This document shows, piece after piece, positions 33,596-45,809 of a stretch of 64,000 bases of DNA. The stretch is from NCBI GenBank assembly GCA_965644265.1, contig OZ286474.1:15810001-15874000 (forward strand), written 5' to 3'. Made by a program: the position numbers and the translations under genes. The stretch is from Glycera tridactyla (taxonomy: Eukaryota). The notes under the pieces were generated by a model, which saw only the letters and a program-made list of their open reading frames with translations, ran no database searches and was not told where the DNA came from. Each line of letters begins with the position of its first letter. Position 1 is the stretch's first letter.

Positions 33596-36500
33596 ACTCA
33601 ATATGAATCCCCTGCAGAACATATTGAACGGAATTTGTTTATTTCGAAAAAATTGAATCCCAAGATGTTGAGATTTTGTTCGACAGTTTCAAAACATCAA
33701 TATTCTGAGAGCACATGTGGGCAATTTCAGAAAGCTGAGTCTAAAGTTTGCTCCATCTCAATTGCATCCTTGTTGTCCACTAGCATCAGTGATTCTTCCA
33801 ATCTACTCTCCTGATAGGAGAGTGGGTGAAAAAGTTTTTCATGAAGACTGGTACTGTATTACCTAAAACATGATGCAATAATATTGACTCCATTATAGTA
33901 ACGTTGAATAGAATCAAAACCCAATTGCGCACTCTGCTGGAACAAATGCTGGTTGCATTTGTGGGGAGCTTGCCATTGCATGTGTGTTCATATTCTCTAC
34001 ATGTGGATCTGTTTCAGGCCAAAAAATAGGCCCCAACAGAGGGTAATACATAGTTTTATTGGTGTCCTTCCCCCTTCTCTTATTTCAATGTCGGTTTCTG
34101 GAAATTGATTGCTGGTTATGGCTATGACCTCTTCTGAAATGTTCTTCACCCATTTAGTGACCTGGTAACAAGAAGACTTATTTAAAGATGGATTTTATTT
34201 GCAAAAAATTGAAGATTTTGTACTCTCTGAGTTTGAGTTATATTGCGCCCTGTTTCAATTTCTGTGTTTTTGCGACATTCAAAAGCATTCCAGATTGATA
34301 GTTGTCCATTTTCCTCTCAGAAAAAAATTCGGTTTGGTCAACAACTTCATTTATTCATGGGGCGGTATGCTATGACCTCCTGTTTGTGTGAAATTATTGA
34401 GCCTCAAGAATCTTCTTGATGATGCCAGATGTATTGGGTGACTGCAAGCTGTTACCTGCGTGTAGTTAAGCTGCACATCGGTCAACTTCTGCCTCTACAC
34501 TACTTCCTCCCTCAATTTTCCACAAAATTGGATGAAATATCCAAATTGAGAAGATGATGCCTACTTCTTGGAAATTACAGTACCAATACTTACGAGAATA
34601 TGTGAGTGTATTTCAGGAAATGTAACTTAATGCTCAAAAATTTTGCATCGTTTTAACCCAACCCTCAGGCAGTTCATCATACAATTTGTGTTTCGCATTC
34701 TAAATGGCCTCCTATATTCTCAGCAAACTGCTTAGATTTTGCAATAGAAATCTCGGAACATGAGAAAGGAATTCTGGAATGCTTTTGGATGTTGTGGTTG
34801 TGGAGATCATTGTGTTCTGTAGGAATTTGAGAAAATGAGATGGAATTTGCCAAGTATGATGGATTGTGTGTAATTTTACCGCCTTTAACATCATCTGGTC
34901 CTTTCTGAACATAAAATACTGAGATTACACTAGGTATACGTCATCAGGTATCACTGACATTAGGTTTTGTACCATGGGTTGAGAAGTGTCGATTATAGTA
35001 AGAAGACATTGAGGTGTGAGATTTAGCGTTATTCCCAACAAGGTGCGCCTAAGGATTCTAATCAAGTTGGGAATGACAAGCGGATCTCACACGACAATGT
35101 GTTCTTACTTTTCTCCCATGACATTTCTCGTAGTATTTTGATGATTTGGACCGAGAAAACTGCAAGAAACAAACCTTGTTCATTCCCAGGGTCGGTTGCG
35201 CTCAGGACCGGCGTTCTCGTTTCAGCCTTCTGCCCGACGCTTGATGACGTCATAATAGGCAGTAACCATGGTTTCATTCACTGATTGTGACAAAAACTAT
35301 GCTTTCCCCTGTGACGTCATATTCATTATCGTAGTCCTGACAGCCAGTGTTAGATTCAGGCCAGGAGTGTGAGATTCGCGTAATCTCACACACCCCTATC
35401 TCACACTAAAAATGGCTCTGTCATGGGAGATAAGCCACAAGCAACCAATGACTCTTCTCCACTGATACATCATGGCATGTAATTTTTGTGATCCTTCTAC
35501 ACGTCTTTCCCCATTCTTCGTTGTCTATTCGGCCAACTTCGGGAGCATTATCCATCTGAGCGTTCGCATGTCTATTGTATTATTGATGATTGTGAAGCGG
35601 ATGACTATTCAGTGTTGTAATTCCTGGTCACGTGGTTGGTGGTTTAAATGTTGTGCTCTCTGGTGTAGGTATTGAAGTCTGTCAAGTCCAAATGTGATGA
35701 GTACACTTTCCAGCCGAGTATTGCAAATTTGTATCGAATTGAGATGAGACTCTCAGACAGATTTTGTTGACATCTCTGGCGACTAGAAATGTAATCTCAG
35801 CAAAGTTCTCTTGTATATTTCACCCTGGTGCACAAATATATTGATTTCACGCTGGTCTCATGGCAAGGGCAGCAGCTACCTCCCCATCGATACACATGCA
35901 GGGCGTGACAACATCAAAAATATCCACCTGCCTGGCAGGCAGGTACAATTGAGATCTACCTGCCCTCTTCAAAATTCAACATGCCCCCATTATATGTTCA
36001 TTGCCTTTATTATCATTTTCTACCTGTCCATCGGGCAGGTAGGTTTTGAATTCAACCTGCCCGTCTTTGAAATTTACCTGCCCCGGGCAGGTGGGAGGCC
36101 ATCTCATCGCACCCTGACATACAAAGATTCCGTGATAAAAATGCAGTAAAATCAGGATCCATTGTCTTCAAAAACATGCCGACAACCTGAAACCAGGCTT
36201 GATGATCGCCAGAAGACCCATATAATCCATCCGTGCCATTAGAACTCAAATCGGAGGCGAAATGACAACTGGCAGGTTTTTAAACAAGAAATTTCTTCAA
36301 AAAGAAGAATGGTCGTCGATTTACAGTGGAGAGGNNNNNNNNNNNNNNNNNNNNNNNNNNNNNNNNNNNNNNNNNNNNNNNNNNNNNNNNNNNNNNNNNN
36401 NNNNNNNNNNNNNNNNNNNNNNNNNNNNNNNNNNNNNNNNNNNNNNNNNNNNNNNNNNNNNNNNNNNNNNNNNNNNNNNNNNNNNNNNNNNNNNNNNNNN

Positions 36501-38545
36501 NNNNNNNNNNNNNNNNNNNNNNNNNNNNNNNNNNNNNNNNNNNNNNNNNNNNNNNNNNNNNNNNNNNNNNNNNNNNNNNNNNNNNNNNNNNNNNNNNNNN
36601 NNNNNNNNNNNNNNGTGTGAGATCCGCGTTCCCGATGCGAGATCTGGCGGTAGTTGACAGGTCGAGGTGAGGCGCTCCTCTCCCCCTCGCATACACGCAG
36701 CCCCCCCTCCCACCCTCCACCCGCCACTGATATGACCTCACGGAGGGGTTTCCCCGTCAATGGCACTCGGTTTATCAGCCATGTGTCGCTTCTGATAAGA
36801 TAGATTCCGTTTCAAACGTCCGCACACAGTCAGTTATTCACGATATCCGAATTTAGCATTGATTCACTCGAAAATGTCTGTTTTTCACACATTTCACACA
36901 TGTTTCAAGCAGTTTCGATTCAATTCTGATGATTTCATAGCGATCGTTTACAAATGGTAGCCTACGGAACATGTGTGTGAAGCATTGTCAAATCATGGCG
37001 AATCAGCCCGTAAAATGGACGATAGTAATGTCTAGATTGAGTGGGAGTCCCAAAGTGAAAATAGTACCGTCTCCGAAGGAAAAAGTTACCGTCCGATTGG
37101 ATTTGACAAAGTATAGTTACATGTTGTGACTTTCTCCACATGTTTTGATCGGCTTAGCTGATTCTTCTTGGATGTTGCTGTCTATTCATCACTCCTGGAG
37201 ATGTTTGTATGTCTGAACTTCTTCCTGTAACTTCTTGCCTGCATTCTTTCAAAGAATGAGATGAAACTCCTCTGATCATGTATGTATTGCAACTTACGCC
37301 TTGTCGAAAGCTTTGTTCATGCATCAATGCCTGACATCAAAAGACTTTCAGGATCGTTCGAGTGATTGGCAGTTGAGTGCTGCATGAAATGAGTTGGCAA
37401 GTGTGATGAATGGAACCCATATTTACAGAATGATACCTCAACACAATACTAGGGTAGAACTGGTTGTTCACTATATTCACTGTCAGTTTTCATTCTTGTG
37501 ACCTTTTGTTTCCTGGAGACTTCCCATCAGAACAACTTGCCCCAAGCATGGAGCTTTGTGAAATGATGAAACCGTGAGTCCATGCTTAGGACTGGTGATA
37601 TGTAGAGAAAAATGCTCTGGTGGGATGAACCAAAAGCTGTTGCCCAGAGCAAGTTCCACTGTACATGTATTTGGATGAAAGATGATTGAAAGTTGCTGAG
37701 AAAAAAATTGAAAATCAGAAAAACGGATTGAAAGTTTCTTCAAATTCAATCATGGTCCTCTTCACATACAATGGATTTCTGACTGCATGTTTCATTATCA
37801 TGCGTCAATGATGTACTCTAAAACATTTTGATGTCATACTTTGCAGTCATGTATCTGATGTCGACATCTTTCTCTGATTTCTCCATTATAGCAGAGTCCC
37901 TATAATGCCTCATTCTCTCTGCGAATCAGAGATGCGGACGCAGATCATTCGACGGTCAGAATCAAATTTTGGGTTCCTGCGATTGCTAAGAATATCACAG
38001 AAAATATAGGTCACAAGAAGAGTTGAATCGAATGTACCAAATATATCAAATATATCTTGAGATTAGAACTGAAGGATTTACTGATAGATGCTGCACAGTA
38101 TAATTGAAGCTAAGTAGCGATAGATTTTTCGTACTGTGCACATCGGGGATGTTCTGCTTCACCAAATGCATAATTGTTTGATCAATATTCATAATGTAAT
38201 CATGTGGTGAGCTTGCTTTGATCATGTGGCATATATTTGGGGAGAATGATGTGTGATACACTTTCCATCACTTGTGTGTATACAGATTCTTTGGTGACTG
38301 TATACTACTTGTATATTTTTGCATTAATATGATTGAGACGGGATTGGTCTGCCGATTTTGAATGTTTATCGTCATGGCTGTATAAAGAGTACTGGAGCCC
38401 TCCTCTTTGTTGTACACTATTTGCTACCCCCCATAGTTGGCACTTGGGCACCAAGTCGAGGCTAAATCACAATTCCACCGCTCACATCCTTAGCATGTCC
38501 ACGAAATACCGCTATATGTCAGTTGTTGGCCTAGAAATCGGTTTC

Positions 38546-39245
38546 GGTTGTCATGATGACCGATAGGTAACCAATGGTTACAAAAATTACTCTATGTCTG
38601 TCGTCAGCCTTGAAATCAGTAACAGTGTATTTTTGACTGCAATAGTAATTAATAGTAACACAGATTAATTTATGTCAGCCTTGGAGTCAGTATCAGCATA
38701 TATTTGGTTGTCATGACGACCAATAGGTAACCAATGGTTACACAAATTACTGTATGTCTGTCTTTTTTCAACTGCTATAGTAATCAATAGTAACACAGAT
38801 TAATTTATCTCAGCCTTGAACTCAGTATCAGCATTTTTTTGGTTGTCATGATGACCAATAGGTAACCAATTGAGACACAAATTACTTGAAATCAGTAACT
38901 GTATTTTTGGGGAGTAATAATGACTATGCTATAATTCATCGTGTAATCCTCTATGGCTGTGTACCACCCCCTGTCAAATCTTATGTCACCCCTAGGTAAC
39001 TATGTATTGATTGCTGGCTATTATGGCAACCAATCGGTAACCAATGGTAACACCATAGCCCAAAATGATTATCCGCACCTTCAAGTTTTTCTGAGTAATA
39101 ATCGCGATTGCAGACCTCATGTGTGGTCACAATTCCAAACTATTCCTGTTATTGCTGTTCACCATCCAGTGTCAAATCTGATGTCACCCTTAGGTGACTG
39201 TGTTGCTATGGCAACCAATGGTAACAACATTGCTCAAGATGACTT
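38546..39245. repeat. Degenerate repeats: three ~135-160-bp units, then two copies of a ~90-bp unit
   Basis: ggttgtcatgatgacc.ataggtaaccaat at 38546, 38706, 38841; tgtcaaatct.atgtcaccc.taggt at about 38970 and 39170. Confidence 0.8.
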
Positions 39246-39750
39246 TTTGCCATCATGTTCCTGGAATTATCATAAGTATTTCCGATTTAATTCTGGTGTG
39301 TCACTCATCAAGTACATGTAATTTGAAAAAGTGATTGCTTTCGCCTTGTGTTCGTTGATGTACTTATATAATCTTTTTGGAATGTTCCTCATCACTGATT
39401 TTGTTTAGTGCAACTTGGAAACTTCTAGTAGAATTGGAGCAACGTTGAAAACAACCAAACAAACCTACCAGGGAGACAAAGATCTCTCAACTTGAAGCAT
39501 CTTGGAAGAATATGTTGTAAAATGTGCCCTTTCTTTGAACTTATAAGCCAAATGCCCCCAATTTTGGGAGCCCTGGTAGACATGGTTGAATCGTGTTATT
39601 CAGTGATGTTGGGCGTGCTTAGGATGTGACGGGAGGGACCGTGTCCTTGTGTTACCATCATGTGAATCATGCTCCTGTCTTGACTGTTCTGCCATGTCTG
39701 TGTTCCTATCCATGCCGTGCATGTAGTGTCGCCTATACGCATGCATTCAG

Positions 39751-39816
39751 TGTCTGTACGAGCACCAGAAAGTCAGTGTCGTTACGCAGCCGAGTCAGCT
39801 ACCTGACAACATATAG
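39751..39816 (+). CDS. Candidate terminal coding exon A (CLYEHQKVSVVTQPSQLPDNI*)
   Basis: Acceptor gcatgcattcag|TGT (an in-frame alternative at 39727); open in phase 0 to TAG; weak pyrimidine tract. Confidence 0.25.
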   Translation, partial: CLYEHQKVSVVTQPSQLPDNI

Positions 39817-42800
39817 CCACAGCCGGGATCACAGCATGTATTGCTGATTGTAGTGGCCTTCACACAAAAGTATAGGAATGCACAGTGCCAGCTGCAGTCG
39901 GCATATAAATGATGATGACAATAAGCAACCAGGAAATAGCTTCAATTTCTTGTTTACCAAGAAAGGATCACTTATATACAGTTGAACCTTTCTCGAAGAC
40001 CACCCTTGGATGCATCAAAAAGTTGCCTTTGTAGAGAAGTCAACTACTGTAGAAAATTCTCTTACAGTCACAGCTTTGGGTGGCCTTTGTTGGCAGTTGG
40101 CCTTTGTATAGAGGAGGATTCTTGTGCAGGTTTGACTGTACCAACAAGAAGTGGCACATAACAGATCTTTGCGGAAATTTTCAAAGCGCATTAGCCCAGA
40201 CTGTACAGGTTGGATTGGAAACATACAGACATGGAGAATAGACAGGACTGCGACGCTGTGGCCGCCATTTTTCTGGGTAACTCTTGTTTGGTCTACAGGA
40301 TACATTAACTCACTTTGTTGTACCAACTTATCGACCAAAACCTCTCCCCCATTCATTTCAGTCATGATTGTCATTTTGTGATTTCTATCCCAACTGTTCT
40401 CAAGTTGTTGCATTTCTCCCTTTCACAACTGGCTGTATTTCAGCCAAACATCATATCACCCACACACTCACAATAGCTTTGGCAGATATGAGCATTATGG
40501 AAAGAAAGAACGCAATACAGAATCTGAATCTCATTTCCCGACCCTATTCGGTGAAGTAGCATCGTAGGATGCTCAGTATTACATTCGAAAGTTATTGTTC
40601 ACGTAGATTGTATTGAGTTCCTCATCGTTTTGATGAATGAACAAAATATGATGGTTTGAAGGATGATTGGATGGCTCAAATGCTTTCACCGTGATATCAG
40701 ACTAGGCAATACTTTGCAGGGACCTCAGAAATCTTTTAATCCCTACCTTATCCTTTTTGAAAAAGCCACACTGAGTGAGTTAATGTCCTGTATAACCAAG
40801 CAGTTTTTGAAGAACATTAGTCTTCCAGATTCATTCTGTGACTGAGTCATGTTTTTGCTGGCCACATCTCTGGCTACTTTCCACTCACTAAATTACTTCT
40901 TTACATAATTTTGTCTCATTATTTTCCGTTGAAGATTCCTGATTCCAAAATTATGAAACACCAGTTTTTCTTTATCGTGGCTGGTGTTAAAAGAAATGTT
41001 TGCCATGATTTCAACTGCAGGCGCTGTTTCAGAAATTCATGCATGGCGTATCGGGTCATACAATATCGCCTGGTGGTTCACGCCCTGGTGGTGGTGCTAA
41101 CCTAACGCGCCCTGGTGGCGGTATCAAACAGACGTCCAGCCAGGCACGTCGCCACAGTGGCGGTACCACAGGGGTACCGCCGCCGGCCTGGCCGACCCGT
41201 GCCCCTCCTCGACGGGTCCGCCGTCCGCCGGCGCCCCGCCCGCGTAAAGAACGGGAAGAGGACCTGGTGGCTCCCCCTGTATTTGTGTAATCCCGGTGAT
41301 AAGATGCAGTGAGTAAGCCTGGCTTTACATCAGCGTATGCTGCGCTCCGTACTCCCACACCCATTTTCCCCTCAACCCGGGGAGGTCACACGTCACCCTG
41401 TCTCACACCTGCAGGAACATACAAACGTCACCCTGTCTTACACCCCCAAAGCTATAATTCTTTTTCCAATGTTTTCAGCATATTTTGTTGGCGTTCTTGT
41501 CAACCAATTAACTTGGCTTCTGTGTAAGTTCTTACTCGTGCTCATATCTGCCAAAGGCACCCTTGAATAGTGTACCTTTCACCACAATCTTCACAAAAAT
41601 AACCATGTAAAATCTACAAAGAGGTTCAATATTTACCCGAGAAATAAATGTGAAGACCATCTGTGAAGACTAGTGGCCTTGCATTACAGGTATCACTCTG
41701 ATCGGGATGAGAAGAAGTGTATCAGAAATCTGGCTGCTGGTTACTCACAAGATTGAGACATTCTGTTTACAGGGCTCTATGTTGCTACCTATAGGCAGCC
41801 AATGGCTACCAAATGTACCCTCTGGTTACATATTTTTTTTAAAGAAATTTGAGGGGTTGCATTGACTGGCTGCCAATATTTGGTAATGGCTACCAAAAAA
41901 TATCAACTTAGGAGCGAGCTGGCTGCTGAATATTTTGGCCAGAATTACTACTCACTCCTGGTAATTGGAGGATGTTGATTACGGGGTTCGTAACCAGGTT
42001 GCTATATTACAATTGTATCACTCTTAGCAAAAGCGTTGATGGTTTGATGGTAAAAATAGATGCAGAGCAAAACACTATGGCTGTGGTCGCTGATAACATT
42101 GAATTACACCAAAATTCTTATTTAAAAAAACAATATTAAATTGCACATTTTTATCAGATGAACACGGGGAAATTTTGAGCTTCATACTTGATAACGCCAA
42201 GATAGCACTAGGGAGAGAATTGGATCACATCAAATCATTGACATTTACAGAATTTTCCAAAATTTCAACTACATGTATTTTCGATTGGCAACCCTTCACC
42301 TATGCTCACCTATCCGTGTTGGCACATACAGTACCCAAATGCAGCCAAAATGTGAGACATAGAACTCATACATTCGAGACAACATAACTGTTTCAAATGT
42401 AAGACTGCAAGATCATTAGTACTTTTGTTTGTGTAAGAAAATAATGATTCTTGAGATCCGGAATGCTGCACAAATTCTTTGACGTGACCTCCCTGGAACC
42501 CACATCCCATTTTTGCTGTGTAATGCCTGCAAGCCCCCCGCGTCAGACATGAGTGATGCCAATAATTCAGAAATCCTGAAATCCATTTCCAGATAAAATA
42601 TACCTTAAAGAAAACTCTATGATGTGATGTGAAATGACGTTTGATGATTGATAATGCTCAATGATTGCCTCAAATTAATCCAAAGATCATTTGTCGGTAA
42701 CAAATATCCAATATGGATATGACATGAGTTTCTGCCATGATGCAGCATTTGACAACTATTCAGGTACACCTTCCAAAAATGACATACCGTATTCTCCCTA

Positions 42801-43014
42801 ATTCGAGCCCCAAATCCAATATACATATTGCAAGTTGACCTAAATAAGATCACTCATGCCTGGTATTTATTCAATTTTTTTTTCAATTATATTTCACTTA
42901 GTATCAGTTTTGCTGCAATTTATACATCTTCATAGCGCTTTTTTTTTTTGGCTTTCAAATACTTTCATTGCATCTTTCACATTTCGCATCTTAGTATCTC
43001 CTTGTTTTATTTAG

Positions 43015-43119
43015 AACTGCACGCACTGGGAAAGAAGGTTTGATTCAGGAGCTCATTCAAAATATTCATCATTATATTATGTTAGTTTTGACAAAAACAG
43101 AATGGACATAGTACTTTAA
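43015..43119 (+). CDS. Candidate terminal exon B of GOLGA4, followed by UTR-like sequence
   Basis: Very long pyrimidine tract ending cttgttttatttag|AAC; phase-0 reading NCTHWERRFDSG...IVL*; reading frame not independently confirmed. Confidence 0.3.
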   Translation, partial: NCTHWERRFDSGAHSKYSSLYYVSFDKNRMDIVL

Positions 43120-45629
43120 TTGATTATATCACTTTCAGAACATCGATACTCTGGCACATCGTACTTTAGCCTGTCTGTAGAGTCAGTCAAACTGCCTGTG
43201 TTGTCTTGTGACTGATTGGGCCAATCAGATTCTGTGTTACAGCCAGTGGTAGAGAGGTGCTCAGACATGTGACCACATTGCAGCCAATCAGAACACTGCT
43301 GTTTGTCATGTGACTATCATTGGACCAATCAGGAAGCTGTGCAAACATTCTAACGCAGACATTCATGTCTCATATGTTTTGTTCTCTGCGGAGATACTTA
43401 CCTGGAAAAAATATTTTGTAAAGTATTAGTAACCAACAGTATGTATTTGATGGTTGTTGTGTGGTATTGGTTTGTGTTTTTAGGGCTGTGCACGTTTGTT
43501 GTTTTTACATTCTGTATGAGAAATCTCCATGCGTATCCTTCTCAGCTACATTTCGGACTCTACACTTCTAGTGTTTGATTCTGTCAGGAAATATATTAGC
43601 TATGCTGGAGAACTTCTGCATCAGTGCTGTCAACAAAAAGACTGAGCACAATTCATTTGATTTTGGTTATTGTTCACAAGCCATGAAAATCTAACCATGC
43701 ATTAGTTACAATATCTGATGGTTTTTGTGATAAAAGTAGCAATCAGAAATGATCTTTCCACTTGGCTTTATATAGCGGATTTTCCCCGATGTTTCATACT
43801 TTTTGCAGATTTTATTTGAATTGAACCCGTTTTTCAGTTGGTCCTGCTGCCTTTGTCCGCTTTTCTTATCCCTTTTCTCGTTCACCTCATTCCCTCGCAG
43901 TGTTGTCTCGGTAGAACAGAGTTGTTCTGTATTGTCATGCATCATCTTTGCTGTGCATTTCTTTCTCAAGTATTTGAATGCATTTCAAGGCATTATCAGC
44001 TCATATATTGTTCCGTCGATAGCTTTGTCATCTTTTGCCGAACCAGATTTCACACTGAAATGTGAATTACATCAATAGTGATATCAAACTGTATGATTTT
44101 TCAGGGATTACCAGTGTATCTTATACTGATGATAGTTGATGCCATTTTGCCAGAAGTCTTGGTGCTGAAGGTGATGGATTGCCATAGAGGTGTGTCTGAA
44201 CTGTCAGCTACTTCCCCTTGACAACCTTCCATCATCTTGTGTTCAGGGTTTGTGAGCATGGTGTCTGCAGGGGAGAGAACATCTAGCTTTCATTGGCCAG
44301 GAACACACAGCATACATGACCCTGTGGGTTGATACATGCTGTTAAACCTTGAACAAACAAACGAATAAACCATGAGCATTTCAATTCATTTGGCATCTGG
44401 CCTTCTGGTGTGACCATACTCAGATAATTTGCGATCATGACTCAACCCCATGGTCCACATTCTACCACAGCAAGCTCTCAATACATTGCAGAATTCTGGA
44501 CATTTTGTGGCTCGGATACAGGTTATGAGTGTGTGCGTGCGTGCATGCCTGTGTGCATGCAAGCGTGTGTGTGTGTGCATGCGTGCGTGTGCGCATGCAT
44601 GCCTGTATGTCATGACATGCACCCAAGAGGCATCGTCGAAATCACCAAATGTATGAAACTGTGTATGGAGTGCAATATTGGGCGGGTGGTCAGCGGAGAT
44701 GCCAACCAATATGATTCTGAGTGCTTACCACTCGTCATGCCAAAATTCTTTCATTTTCAGAGTGATACTACTCTGCAATTTTGAGACTTTTTTTGTATCA
44801 TTCTTTTGCAGGTATTGGCCCTGATACTCTTTCGTAAATGGTATCATTGCTATTCTTTTTCGTTAGATGTTGCCATCTCTGGATTGGGAGTCTTGAAAAA
44901 ATGAATATCCATTAAAGTGATGAATCAGCGATTTTATCCTGATTAGTGGCAGTCACAGAACTTCAATACTGAATATGCAGTGGTCCCAATTTTCAGAATT
45001 TTTTGAAAAATTGAGAAATTGCTTTGAAATCCCACTGCAAGTTTCAGGGGAGATACTTTTGGAGAATAGGTAGGGGTCATTTCAGTAGATGTATTCACAT
45101 TTCCGGAAATTCAGAAGTTTTGTGCATAACATTGATTGAAAGTTGCAGTATGACAGCTTTGGTGTGAATTTTGTAGGTTTTGACTGTTCTGATGCCGTCT
45201 ATTGCATGTTTGACCATTGAAATTACTAATGTGTGCCGTTCAGGGCAATGTATGTAACTGACTTGGTCCCATTTTTAGCCCCTTTCACTGAGCAAATCAT
45301 CAGTGGGCTGCAAAAGGTTGGTGTGTGTGTTTGCTTGCAAGAATGCTGCCGAGTCGATTCTCCATGCTCCCCTGCTGTGTGCATGGCCAGAATCTATCTA
45401 TTGCCGCAAACATCTGCAATCCTGGAGCGAGAATTCAGTAGTTACCTTGACTTTTAGCCAGGCTTGAATCAATAGTACTACTCAGAAGTGGCTTGTGCAT
45501 AGTTGGACTTGTCTGGAGTGATGTATTATTTCTCTATTGAAGCTGACGTATATTGCTTTGTATGCATGTTCAGTAAACGCATGCAATGATTTTGATGTCT
45601 TTGGAATCTGAATGCAAGGAAACTTAATA

Positions 45630-45809
45630 CAGTGAAACCTGCTTGAGTGTAAACCTGCGCTAGGCAAAATCCTGTCTTAGGCACATACCCCACGGTCTGC
45701 TCGGATGTTTTTTTCTCACTATAATTGTCCTGCGCTAGGCAAAATCCTGTCTTCTTAAGTGAAAGAAAAATTTGGTCCCGTGACTTTTCACTTAAGACAG
45801 GTTTTACTG
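45630..45809 (-). mobile_element. Inverted near-identical copy of the 21121-21297 MITE
   Basis: Reverse complement aligns end to end with about six substitutions and a 3-nt indel by eye; TA flanks. Confidence 0.85.

Noticed and set aside
10174-36766. ORFs containing long X runs
   Set aside because: Artefacts of translating through N gaps.
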